A DNA stretch of 32,000 nucleotides from Promethearchaeota archaeon (GTDB lineage Archaea > Asgardarchaeota > Lokiarchaeia > Sigyniarchaeales > Promethearchaeaceae), in the NCBI GenBank assembly GCA_016933055.1, contig JAFGBS010000009.1, positions 480,001 through 512,000 of the forward strand. Direction: 5' to 3'. Under the pieces are notes generated by a model that did not search any database, was not told the DNA's origin, and was given only the letters and a program-made list of their open reading frames with translations. Within the stretch, counting starts at the first letter, position 1, and the number at the start of each line of letters is the position of its first letter. The position numbers were made by a program, and so were the translations under genes. Below, piece by piece: positions 1 to 9,101 of this stretch.

Positions 1-1
1 A

Positions 2-151
2 ACGGGATGCAGAATGCTCGTGGAAATCACTAAACAACTTCAAGGACGAGCCGATGGATTGCAGGTAAAAGATCCCGAATTGGGTTTGGCTCATAACCTG
101 GGGGGCGCTTTCACCGTAGCAGCTGTGACAATTCTTGGCAAGAAAGAATGA
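2..151 (+). CDS. Thiolase (acetyl-CoA acetyltransferase, SCP-x/archaeal type), C-terminal 49 aa; start lies outside the window
   Basis: Manual translation of frame 2: TGCRMLVEITKQLQGRADGLQVKDPELGLAHNLGGAFTVAAVTILGKKE*, matching the thiolase C-terminal QL.G.A...QV...GLAHNLGG pattern. Not in the ORF track. Confidence 0.8.
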   Translation, partial: TGCRMLVEITKQLQGRADGLQVKDPELGLAHNLGGAFTVAAVTILGKKE

Positions 152-291
152 TCACCCTACGTTATTAAGTTAAAATCCTCATCTTTTTTTTTTCACATTT
201 AATTAACATCCAATTTGGAATCGAGAGTATATCTTTCATTTAATGCTAAATAACGTAATGTTAAAATTTTCAGCGTAAATAGAAGTAGTAT

Positions 292-447
292 ATGAAATAT
301 TCTAACCACAACCACCAAAAAAGTGCGGATAGTGACGAAATTGTGGTAGATTTACAACTCGCAAGCGATTCGAACACAATAAGGGGATTGAAAAATCTTG
401 AATTCTTTATACGTAAACCATTTTGCGGTAGTGGAAGAGCTTGCTAA
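292..447 (+). CDS. Possible 51-aa small protein ending in KPFCGSGRAC
   Basis: Open frame from ATG 292 to TAA 445-447 fills the gap between two convergent genes; AT-rich TTAAAA about 30 nt upstream. No homology recognised. Confidence 0.25.
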   Translation: MKYSNHNHQKSADSDEIVVDLQLASDSNTIRGLKNLEFFIRKPFCGSGRAC

Positions 448-451
448 ATAA

Positions 452-1651
452 CTAGCGAAATATACCCCTTTTTTTCATTTCATTTATTTCATCGTTGGAA
501 TATCCAATTGAAATAAGTAGTTCGTGAGTATTTTCTCCGACTTTTGGTGCGTTTCTATTAATTTGAAGGGAACTGGATCTAAATTTGATGGGACTTCCAA
601 TCGATTTTATTTTTCCTGCTTTAGGATGGATTTCTTCTTTTATCATTTTCCGATCAATATAATGAGGTTCTTTTAGCGCTTCCCCAAAGGATTGGATAGG
701 AGTAACACATGCTTCAAATTTTTCAAAAATCTTAATCCACTCTTTTTTGGTTTTGGATAGAAATTTCTTCCTGAATTTTTCATAAATTTCCTTTCTCTCC
801 TCCCCACGTGCATACTGCTTCGGGATATATTGGGGTAATTCCAAAGCATTGCATAGATTTGTGTAAAATTTCATCTCGATCGCTCCTACTGCCATGAATT
901 TACCATCTTTTGTTCGATATATGGAATAGTAAGGGTGATTTCCTCCATGAAGAATATTCTCCTCTTGCGAGGTATTTGTGAATTCGAAAGCAGCAACCAT
1001 TGGATTCATGGATAAAACACAGTCTGCCATGGAAATGTCCACATGATCCCCTTTCTTATCTGGGGCTCCCTCCCGTTTTTTTAATGCAGCAAGAATACCA
1101 ATCACCGCATATAAGGCCCCTCCTATATCTGCTACTTGCACACACGGAATAACGGGTTGGGGATCCTCATGATCACGATGGATATTTAATCCTAGCAATC
1201 CACTTAAACTTAAATAATTAATATCATGTCCTGCTTCTTTGCTTTTGGGACTCGTTTGTCCGTATCCCGTAATTGAGCAATAAACGATCGAAGGATTGAT
1301 TTGTGACAGAGAATCATAATCAATTCCCAATTTCTTTGTTACACCGGGTCGAAAACCTTCCACTATGATATCAGCTTTTTTTACAAATTTTTGCACAACA
1401 TCTAGAGCACCTTTGCTTGCTTTTTTTAAGTTAAGGCTAATAGATTTTGAATTACGATTCAAAATTGCATTAAAAGCACTAATAGAGGTACCCTCATAGA
1501 AAGGAGGGGGATTACCCCAAAGAAAATTCGGATCTTCAATGCGGATGACTTCTGCTCCCAAATCTGCAAGGATCATACTGCAATAGGGTCCTGGGAGCAT
1601 GCGTGAAAAATCAAGAACACGGATACCTTTGAGCGGGAGTGACTTACTCAT
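452..1651 (-). CDS. CaiB/BaiF family III CoA-transferase (alpha-methylacyl-CoA racemase-like)
   Basis: Motifs PLKGIRVLDFSRMLPGP, LADLGAEVIRIE, NRNSKSISLNLK, EGFRPGV, YCSITGYGQT, AGHDINY and DIGG. Confidence 0.93.
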   Translation of the reverse strand: MSKSLPLKGIRVLDFSRMLPGPYCSMILADLGAEVIRIEDPNFLWGNPPPFYEGTSISAFNAILNRNSKSISLNLKKASKGALDVVQKFVKKADIIVEGFRPGVTKKLGIDYDSLSQINPSIVYCSITGYGQTSPKSKEAGHDINYLSLSGLLGLNIHRDHEDPQPVIPCVQVADIGGALYAVIGILAALKKREGAPDKKGDHVDISMADCVLSMNPMVAAFEFTNTSQEENILHGGNHPYYSIYRTKDGKFMAVGAIEMKFYTNLCNALELPQYIPKQYARGEERKEIYEKFRKKFLSKTKKEWIKIFEKFEACVTPIQSFGEALKEPHYIDRKMIKEEIHPKAGKIKSIGSPIKFRSSSLQINRNAPKVGENTHELLISIGYSNDEINEMKKRGIFR

Positions 1652-1713
1652 ACTTAGTGTTGAGGTTAGATGGTTAAAAAAAATTAGGAAAAAAACTTTG
1701 GAAAAAATTGAAT

Positions 1714-3531
1714 TTAACTCTGTTGATCCTCATCTCGTAAAACTCGTCTCAGAACTTTACCCACTAAAGTCTTTGGAAGTTCTTTTACTATAGTAATCTC
1801 TCTTGGATACTTATACCAGCTGAGATTCTCTTTACACCATTCTATTATATCTTCTTCCGTAATTTTTCCGACATATTCCGGTTTTAATGATACAGCAGCT
1901 TTTATAGTCTCTCCTATTTCGGGATCATCGGATTTTGCTCCATAAACCCCAACTTCGAGTATAGGTTCAAATTGGTATAAGAGATCTTCAACCTCTCGTG
2001 GAAATACGCTGTGCCCTTTGTATTTTATCATATCTCGTTTTCTATCTTTAATTCTGAGATACCCCTCACCATCAATAAATCCAATATCACTTGTATAATA
2101 CCAAATAATTCCGTCTTCGTCGGTTCTCAAAGCATATTTCGTTTCTTTCTCCTTGTTAAGATACCCTTTCATTATTTGAGGTCCGCTTCCGCAAATTTCA
2201 CCTACATATTTCTCTTGTTCTTCGGGTTCTAAAACTTCAAATTCTTCCTCTGTTCCCATAAATTGCGGAAGGATAGTATCACCAACATCTGCATCCACAA
2301 TCTTTAAGTAGGTGTCTGCAACGGGGAAGCCCACAGCGTTCTTCCTAGATCGATGGAATGGCGAGGCTGTTAACATTGGAGCAGCTTCCGACATACCATA
2401 TCCTTCTATTATCAATGCACCTGTCAATTCCTCAAAGTTCTTTTTAACTTCATAAGGTAGAGGGGCGGCGGCCGATAAACACGCAACAAAATTTTCCATT
2501 TTTCCTTTATATTTCACAGATTTGGGGTCTTGATTTATTTTCTGCCACAAAGTTGGAACTCCGGGAGCAAAAGTAGCTCCTTGTTCGGAGATTACTTTCA
2601 ACATACCAGAAATTGGATCTGGTGGAGTTGGGAATAAAATAAGTTTGTAACCTAACCATATACCAATACTCATCGCGATTGTTAGAGCAAACGAATGACT
2701 TAATGGAAGTACTACGATCATACCACCTTTACCACGTTGTTTCTCAACCTCTGGTAATTGGGTGGCAATCCATGAATGTCCTTGCTGACAATTTGCAACG
2801 AGATTTAAATGTGTTAATTGAACCCCTTTTGGAGTGCCAGTAGTTCCTCCCGTATATATTAGGCATACTATATCATTTTCGGGATCTACAGTTCGTTTAG
2901 GCAATGCTATAGGGGTCCCTACTGTAAAAATGTCTTGGAACTTTCTATAACGTAATCCATTGATTTTCCCTTCTGGCCATTCTTTCATACGTGGGATTTT
3001 TCCCAGCATGTTTCCAAGGACTCTCTTGAAAGGAGACACATAATTTCCAATCCCACAGAGAACAATGGTCTCCAAAGTCTCAAATTTCGAGAGATCTTTA
3101 CCATGTAAGTTTTCTTCGTAAAGATAGTCTAAAATAATGAGCATCTTCGCTCTCGAATCATTTGCTTGATAGACAATTTCTGCATAACGATTGAGAGGAA
3201 TAATGGGATTTGCAATGCCACCAGCTCTTAGGATACCATAGAATGCAATTACATACTGTGGTAGATTCGGAGTATCAATACATACTACATCATTTTCTTT
3301 TATTCCCAGGTAACGTAAACCGGTTGCAAATTTATCCACTTGCTCATCCAGTTCTGCATATGTCATCTCCCAACCACTAAAATGTAGGGCAGGTGAGTTA
3401 GGAAATTCTTTAGCAATGCGTCGTAATGATTCATCTAACGGAATCTCTTCATAATCCAAATTTCGTGGAGTTTCTTCTGGCCAGAATTTCAACCATGGTT
3501 GTTCTACTTTCGGTATTTTTATCCATTTCAT
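1714..3531 (-). CDS. Long-chain fatty-acid-CoA ligase (FadD-like AMP-forming enzyme)
   Basis: YTGGTTGTPKG AMP-binding loop, EGYGMSE, GPQIMKGY, DIG, DRKRDMIKYKG and PKTLVGK. Start moved from TTG 3543 to ATG 3531, which follows a GGTGAT Shine-Dalgarno. Confidence 0.93.
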   Translation of the reverse strand: MKWIKIPKVEQPWLKFWPEETPRNLDYEEIPLDESLRRIAKEFPNSPALHFSGWEMTYAELDEQVDKFATGLRYLGIKENDVVCIDTPNLPQYVIAFYGILRAGGIANPIIPLNRYAEIVYQANDSRAKMLIILDYLYEENLHGKDLSKFETLETIVLCGIGNYVSPFKRVLGNMLGKIPRMKEWPEGKINGLRYRKFQDIFTVGTPIALPKRTVDPENDIVCLIYTGGTTGTPKGVQLTHLNLVANCQQGHSWIATQLPEVEKQRGKGGMIVVLPLSHSFALTIAMSIGIWLGYKLILFPTPPDPISGMLKVISEQGATFAPGVPTLWQKINQDPKSVKYKGKMENFVACLSAAAPLPYEVKKNFEELTGALIIEGYGMSEAAPMLTASPFHRSRKNAVGFPVADTYLKIVDADVGDTILPQFMGTEEEFEVLEPEEQEKYVGEICGSGPQIMKGYLNKEKETKYALRTDEDGIIWYYTSDIGFIDGEGYLRIKDRKRDMIKYKGHSVFPREVEDLLYQFEPILEVGVYGAKSDDPEIGETIKAAVSLKPEYVGKITEEDIIEWCKENLSWYKYPREITIVKELPKTLVGKVLRRVLRDEDQQS

Positions 3532-3614
3532 AATTATCACCAAAATCTAATGATAGTCTATTCTTTGGTTAATGGACTAAATAAATGTATATAACTCATC
3601 AATAAAATACGAAG

Positions 3615-4190
3615 TTACTTTATCTTTTCACATTGGCTTAAGATATTAAGAACTAGTTTTCTGACGGATTCTTTTACCTGAATTACTACAAGACCGGCGG
3701 AAATTGGAGGATCTAAATCGGTTATCGGGGGTTGCCCATAGATCACCAATACATTTTCTTGGGAAAACATGATTACGGGTAATACTAATAAATCTTCTTC
3801 CCCCTCTACATAGAGTATTACTCTTTTCTTCAATGATGTACAGTGTTGTATTGCTTGAATAGAGGATTTTTTTAAGATACCCGCGGGATTTACGATTGAT
3901 ACGGGATAATAATCTGAAATGTCTATATCTATTTCAAATTTGCCTCGGTTCGTTTTTTTATCGATGATACACATTTTTAGATGATTTGACAACTGGGAAT
4001 CTGATAAAAAAGCGTTAGATACCACGTCTCCAACACAGATTATTTCTGGATTAATAATTGAATTTGATCGCAACCAATCTTTCACTTTAGGAATATTTTG
4101 AGAAATAGAACCAGGAAATAAGATGCCAATGGGGCTGGCGAGTTGTTTTCGAACAGAACTTGGTATTTTATAGGAGGTGTTTGGGTTCAT
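3615..4190 (-). CDS. GTP-dependent dephospho-CoA kinase (DUF359 family)
   Basis: VGDVVS, D.KTNR, VNPAG, GEEDLLVLP and YGQP motifs; conserved archaeal position downstream of rpo7-spt4. Confidence 0.9.
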   Translation of the reverse strand: MNPNTSYKIPSSVRKQLASPIGILFPGSISQNIPKVKDWLRSNSIINPEIICVGDVVSNAFLSDSQLSNHLKMCIIDKKTNRGKFEIDIDISDYYPVSIVNPAGILKKSSIQAIQHCTSLKKRVILYVEGEEDLLVLPVIMFSQENVLVIYGQPPITDLDPPISAGLVVIQVKESVRKLVLNILSQCEKIK

Positions 4191-4234
4191 ATAAACACCG
4201 GGATATTTATTTTTTAATTGCTAAGTATGACGAA

Positions 4235-4429
4235 TCATCTGACTCGAAGAGCGTACTTTCCCGCAACGGTGATATTCATTTTCTTCGCGAGTTCTGAATT
4301 CTCTGGATCTAAAATGATACATATTCCATCAAATTTATCACTGAGAGTATGAGTTTTACATTGGGGACAAATATTCTTTCGCGTTATTAAATGACAGTTT
4401 CTGCACGCGCGTTCTTTATCTCGAGCCAT
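4235..4429 (-). CDS. spt4: Transcription elongation factor Spt4 (RpoE'')
   Basis: RACRNCH...CPQC zinc ribbon, IILDPENSELAKKMNI..AGKYALRVR; directly follows rpo7. Confidence 0.95.
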   Translation of the reverse strand: MARDKERACRNCHLITRKNICPQCKTHTLSDKFDGICIILDPENSELAKKMNITVAGKYALRVR

Positions 4430-4435
4430 TCTGTC

Positions 4436-5047
4436 TCACCCTTTTGCCTTAGATTTCGTGTTTTTCTTCTTCTCAGCCGTGCTTCCTTCCAACGCTGCTT
4501 TTTGAATTTCTTCAATTTCTTCTTGAATATATTCGAGTTTTCCCAGAAAAGGTTGGCGCATAGTTAATCCGATCTTCCCCGATCGCCCACTTCCTACTGA
4601 CACCACTATTACTCGGGCACGAACTAAATCTCCTACTTCTAAAGATCTACCGGTATCAGCACTGGTGAAGCGTGCATTTACATTTTCGAAATTCAATTTA
4701 TCATTTGCAATCTGTGTGATGTGGCAAAGTCCATCGCTTGGTCCTAACCTGATGAATGCACCAAAATCTACCAACTCCACAACTTCGCCTTCGACTACTT
4801 CATGCATCAGAGGAGTATAGGTAAGAACTGTGAAGGTTACAGGATGGAAAGTTCCAGCTGATCCATGTATAATTTTTCCCGGACCAACATCAATTATATC
4901 ACAAATTGCAATTATGAAACCCAGTTCAGGATCCAAGAGACCGTGGTAGGAACGGGAGAGGATCTCATAAGCTGATTCTTCCTTGGGGAGTCCGAAGAGA
5001 TCCGGAGCAATTTCTACAATATGGGATAATGTATAGAGATGATACAT
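4436..5047 (-). CDS. rpo7: RNA polymerase subunit Rpo7 (RpoE')
   Basis: GKIIHGSAG, S1 domain EVVEGEVVELVDFGAFIRLGPSDGLCHITQI, and KIGLTMRQPFLGKLEYI. Confidence 0.96.
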   Translation of the reverse strand: MYHLYTLSHIVEIAPDLFGLPKEESAYEILSRSYHGLLDPELGFIIAICDIIDVGPGKIIHGSAGTFHPVTFTVLTYTPLMHEVVEGEVVELVDFGAFIRLGPSDGLCHITQIANDKLNFENVNARFTSADTGRSLEVGDLVRARVIVVSVGSGRSGKIGLTMRQPFLGKLEYIQEEIEEIQKAALEGSTAEKKKNTKSKAKG

Positions 5048-5440
5048 TTTTTAAACCAAAAAATAAGTGGTGATTGTTGAAAAAACTGCATTTCTTTTTA
5101 ATTTTTCTGAGGTCCAATAAGCTCATTAACCACCATGAGTAGGACTAGTTATTGATTGGGTATTCTATAATAGTGAATTTTCTATTCTTTCGTATATAAA
5201 TATGAGATAATTTTATATCCTACAATTTGGTTCAATAAGCTAAATTATAGATGTAATATTGTGGCTCATCTCAGTGACGATATTAGATCCTATCCTAAAA
5301 GAGATCGAAAAACATGGATTGGATCGTTACATCCTTAAAAACCGAATCATTAAAAAAGCCTAAAAGTAGAGTAAATATATTAGTATAATATAAGAACTAA
5401 GGGCACATTATAACAATAACAAAAATAGGTTTTGCATGAC

Positions 5441-5806
5441 ATGAGTACGGAAGATTCATTAGACAAAATTCTCCGCGACTTGCTATCTTCAATTGCTGAG
5501 ATCAAGGGTGCTGCTATAGTGAGTCCAGAAGGTCTCCCCATAGCAAGTGCACTACGACCAGATGTAGATGAAACACGAATTGCAGCAATGACAGCGGCAT
5601 TGCTGAGTCTTGGAGAAAGAGCAGGTCACGAATTAGACAAAGGCACATTAGAGCAAGTTTATGTGAAAGGGGAGCGAGGATATGTTCTGGTAATGAGTGC
5701 CGGGATGAATGCTGTACTCACTGTGGAAACTACGAGAAATATTCGACTCGGTTTGGTCTTCTTAGATTGTAGGAGAGCGTGCGAACGAATCTCCCATCTA
5801 GTCTAA
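5441..5806 (+). CDS. Roadblock/LC7 domain protein
   Basis: GAAIVSPEGLPIAS, DETRIAAMTAALLSLGERAGHEL.KG.LEQVYVKGERGY, LGLVFLD. ATG 5441 preferred over TTG 5432. Confidence 0.92.
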   Translation: MSTEDSLDKILRDLLSSIAEIKGAAIVSPEGLPIASALRPDVDETRIAAMTAALLSLGERAGHELDKGTLEQVYVKGERGYVLVMSAGMNAVLTVETTRNIRLGLVFLDCRRACERISHLV

Positions 5807-5844
5807 ATTTCTAACCCTTATCGGTAAATTTCCTTTTTTCGTGT

Positions 5845-6831
5845 TCACACTTCCACTATAAGATGATAAACAGAGCTATTTGTACAAAACAAAATATGCA
5901 ACATATTTTCAATTGTTTGAAGTAGAGTCATATCAGTGATAGGGGTGTTGACTGTTTCAATTTCCTTGAATGAGTTCCAAGATTGACCAATGTCATTAGA
6001 AATGCTTAAATTTATTCCAAATGACTCCTCATTTCTTTTAAATGCCATAATTAATGCGATATTCGGTGTAAAATTTCCATTTGCATCTCGTAATCGAATC
6101 AGATCAAAAACACCTATTCCAATTGGAATCGTGGTTTGTTCAGTGTATGACCACGTTTCTCCAAAATCGTCAGATATCGCTCTCAAGAGAAAATCTTGAT
6201 TTTCTTCTTGGACATAGCAAAATATTTTGCGTTCACCCGCTTGAATAAGAACAGGATTTTTCATTTGGATCCCTGCAGAATTAAGATCATCTTGATTATC
6301 AATCAAATCATCATTTGGTTCAATAAATACAGATGGAAACCAATTTTTACCAGTATCTTCACTAATATAGGTAAAACTTCTACCAGAGGCTTTGTCGAAC
6401 ACAGGTAATACAATTCGACCCATTTTCACAAAAATCGGTTGTTTCTTGACTTGCCATGCTACAGAATCCTCAAGAATTTCAATTGGAGATTTCCAAGATT
6501 TTCCATAATCATAAGAAAATTGTTGTTTTAAATGGTGATCCAATGAATAGATCGTTTGGAGATTACCCATAAAATTTAGGTAGGTCACTTGACTAAAATC
6601 CAAGATTTCGTTAGATACACAAGAGAAAGGAGTCCCGATTGTTTTCCACTTATGAGATAGTACATCAAAATAATGGGATTCCACATAATGATAATTATCA
6701 TCCTTGTTAGATAAAGAGAATGAATAAATTGCAATAAATCCTCCATGCGGATGTTCAATAAGAGAAAGATTACTGAAATGACCAGCATTTTCATGTACAG
6801 GAAGTTGATACATGGTAGTATTTATTTTCAC
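5845..6831 (-). CDS. Asp-box (BNR) beta-propeller, sialidase-like, probably catalytically degenerate
   Basis: Four S-x-D-x-G-x-[ST/N]-W boxes: SYDYGKSW, SEDTGKNW, SDDFGETW, SNDIGQSW. Start could be GTG 6831 or ATG 6813. Confidence 0.8.
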   Translation of the reverse strand: MKINTTMYQLPVHENAGHFSNLSLIEHPHGGFIAIYSFSLSNKDDNYHYVESHYFDVLSHKWKTIGTPFSCVSNEILDFSQVTYLNFMGNLQTIYSLDHHLKQQFSYDYGKSWKSPIEILEDSVAWQVKKQPIFVKMGRIVLPVFDKASGRSFTYISEDTGKNWFPSVFIEPNDDLIDNQDDLNSAGIQMKNPVLIQAGERKIFCYVQEENQDFLLRAISDDFGETWSYTEQTTIPIGIGVFDLIRLRDANGNFTPNIALIMAFKRNEESFGINLSISNDIGQSWNSFKEIETVNTPITDMTLLQTIENMLHILFCTNSSVYHLIVEV

Positions 6832-6897
6832 AAGTCCTAGTTAGAAAATGAATTGTTTGAATTTTTCGAAAAAATAAAAATTAAAATAAAAATGATT

Positions 6898-7710
6898 TTA
6901 TTCGACTGTAGACCCGCAAGAAGTGCAGAATTTAGCACCCAGCATTAATTTTGTGCCACAATTACTACAGAATCGTACTTCGGTAGTACTGGGTGAGGTG
7001 GAAGGAGCTAATGGGACGATTGGTTCTGTAGTGTGTTTTGGTATCGTTCCACCACCAAAAACTATCAAAAGTCCGTTTGCTATCTTAAACTGTGCTACTA
7101 ACATTATGATACTCACAATCAAAATGGCAAGTGCAAGTACCAAAAGTAAAGTTGGGGCCATGAAAGCAATTAATGTTAAGGCAGTGGTACCAAGCATAAT
7201 ATAGTTGGTAATTAGGTAGGTTCTAATTCCATCGGCTACCATCTGAAATCCTGGTGAACCTCCCACTTCGCTGGCATAAACCTTTATATATTTGTCAAAA
7301 GCAATCCAACCTAACAGATCACAAACCAACGCTGAGATTCCGACAATACTATTAAAAACTGATAATCCCAGACTGACGTAGAAATTAAGTGATATATCTA
7401 TAATAGATACAATAGCACTTAGAATCAATGAAATCAGGAAAAATGTAAACGCCTTGATAAGCTCAGGATGTGGGCTTGAGTTTTTCGCATTTGCTAAGCG
7501 TAATATCATTAAAATTCCTAACACGATAATTGCAATGGATATTCCCACCAAAACAATGATCAATATAATACCAAATATATAAGAAGCAAGAAATGCGAAA
7601 CCTGTTACAAATGCCAGAAGAATAGAAACTACGGTTAATTGTAAAGATTTTTTGAAGTAGTCAGCATATTCATAGAGATTTTTTGCGGTATTTTCATTCA
7701 TCAAACTCAT
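6898..7710 (-). CDS. Multi-pass membrane protein with Pro/Thr linker and C-terminal double zinc ribbon
   Basis: About six hydrophobic segments, then PKHTTEPIVPLAPSTSPSTT and FCSNCG...AKFCTSCG. Confidence 0.8.
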   Translation of the reverse strand: MSLMNENTAKNLYEYADYFKKSLQLTVVSILLAFVTGFAFLASYIFGIILIIVLVGISIAIIVLGILMILRLANAKNSSPHPELIKAFTFFLISLILSAIVSIIDISLNFYVSLGLSVFNSIVGISALVCDLLGWIAFDKYIKVYASEVGGSPGFQMVADGIRTYLITNYIMLGTTALTLIAFMAPTLLLVLALAILIVSIIMLVAQFKIANGLLIVFGGGTIPKHTTEPIVPLAPSTSPSTTEVRFCSNCGTKLMLGAKFCTSCGSTVE

Positions 7711-7832
7711 ACTTATGTCTCCTAGTTAAACTCTCTACAAGAAGTCTGATATTTTATTCGCTTAGAACTTATTAAAGCTAACTATATGAGAGAACATCGG
7801 GAAATACGTGAATAAAAGTTCTGAGATAATTC

Positions 7833-7907
7833 TGGTGCCGGTAGAGGGAATTGAACCCCCGTTAACGGATTCACAGTCCGTGCGCCTAGCCACTAGCAGA
7901 TACCGGC
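7833..7907 (-). tRNA. tRNA-His(GUG), CCA encoded, discriminator A73
   Basis: Reverse complement folds as GCCGGTA TC TGCT AGTGGCTA GGCG C ACGGA CT-GTG-AA TCCGT TAAC GGGGG TTCAATT CCCTC TACCGGC A CCA (75 nt). Confidence 0.95.
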
Positions 7908-7933
7908 ATTATCTGTTAAAAAAATAAAATACT

Positions 7934-8134
7934 TTATTGCAGACGGTTATACTCTAATAGATCATCAATTAAGTTCACATGAGAAACCAACATTCTTTTG
8001 CAGCAAAATCGGGTAATGCCCAGCTTCTTAAATATCTCTTTGGCTTTAATTCCCTCTTTTTGTAATCGCAAATATTCTTCATATTTATCTGCAATAAGCT
8101 TTCCGCATGTAAAGCATCGTATTGGGATTATCAT
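7934..8134 (-). CDS. rpo10: RNA polymerase subunit Rpo10 (RpoN)
   Basis: MIIPIRCFTCGK...LGITRFCCKRMLVSHV. Confidence 0.97.
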   Translation of the reverse strand: MIIPIRCFTCGKLIADKYEEYLRLQKEGIKAKEIFKKLGITRFCCKRMLVSHVNLIDDLLEYNRLQ

Positions 8135-8195
8135 TATGGAATACCTTTATTTTATGAATTTACTTTTTGATATGGGGATCATTTAGTGCATTGAA

Positions 8196-8441
8196 TTATT
8201 TACGTATTTTCTTTGCCTCACGCTCAGATTCTTTTAATACGACAATATCATTCAATCTTAACGGGCCCTTAATATTTCGGGTGAGGATACGATTTTTATC
8301 TCGCCCATCGAGTATACGCACCTTTGCTTGAAGAATTTCGCCCGTAAGCCCCGTTCTGCCTAGTATACTAATTACTTCAGCAGTACATACACTCTCTTCG
8401 TCATCACTTCTATCTTTTGATCTTCTTCCTCGGGAACTCAA
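8196..8441 (-). CDS. rps28e: 30S ribosomal protein eS28
   Basis: [24 protein letters not shown]....[10 protein letters not shown]...ESEREA; TTG start preceded by GAGGT. Confidence 0.96.
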   Translation of the reverse strand: MSSRGRRSKDRSDDEESVCTAEVISILGRTGLTGEILQAKVRILDGRDKNRILTRNIKGPLRLNDIVVLKESEREAKKIRK

Positions 8442-8452
8442 TCTATTTACCT

Positions 8453-8824
8453 CTATTTCTTGAGTGATTTAACTTTTGAAGCAATATCTTTTAGCGCAGA
8501 TTCTTCTTCTTTGGGAATATTGACGACAGCAATGGCTGAGCATCCTACAGATAAATCGGCTGCTTTACCCAAATCATCTTTGGTATCAACGAATACATAG
8601 GGGACATTTTTTTCATCACAAATCAATGGTAGATGAAATACGACTTGTGGGGGATCCACATCGCCAGCAATTACTACTAGTTTTGCTTTTTGCCGTTCTA
8701 CATATTTTGTAGTTTCATTTATTCCTTTTCGGATGTTTTTCTTATCCAATTTAACAATACTAGATAAAAATTTTGTTACTTTCTTTTTTAATTCATCGGG
8801 GACTTCAATATTTACATAACTCAT
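8453..8824 (-). CDS. rpl7ae: Ribosomal protein L7Ae (eL8)
   Basis: [57 protein letters not shown]. Confidence 0.96.
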   Translation of the reverse strand: MSYVNIEVPDELKKKVTKFLSSIVKLDKKNIRKGINETTKYVERQKAKLVVIAGDVDPPQVVFHLPLICDEKNVPYVFVDTKDDLGKAADLSVGCSAIAVVNIPKEEESALKDIASKVKSLKK

Positions 8825-8905
8825 TTTTTTTTACCTCGTTCAGGTTTAAGTTTTCTGTACCATCATTATTCATGGGTAACTCTTCAATATGGAGTGGAAA
8901 TTTAA

Positions 8906-9088
8906 CTATTTTTGACCGTAGAATTTCGTCCAACGGATTTTTCGTGGATTCTTGTTATATTTAATGCGGAAAACTCTACATTTTTTTGAGCAAAAATTCA
9001 ACACTGTACCATCATTTTTCACGTAAATAATTCCTTGACCCGGTTGAATAGTTTGACCACAAAAACTACATACTCTGACTTTAACCAT
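8906..9088 (-). CDS. rpl24e: 50S ribosomal protein eL24
   Basis: CSFCG..IQPGQG..YVKNDG....FCSKKC......NPRKIRWT. Confidence 0.96.
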   Translation of the reverse strand: MVKVRVCSFCGQTIQPGQGIIYVKNDGTVLNFCSKKCRVFRIKYNKNPRKIRWTKFYGQK

Positions 9089-9101
9089 CTATTTCGCCAT
9101 C

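Noticed and set aside
5274-5363. 29-codon frame VTILDPILKEIEKHGLDRYILKNRIIKKA upstream of Roadblock
   Set aside because: Protein-like in appearance but very short, with a GTG start, no SD and no recognised homology.
8806-8873. Small ATG frame ([17 protein letters not shown]...) between rpl24e and rpl7ae
   Set aside because: It runs out of frame into rpl7ae and overlaps its SD, so it is probably chance.
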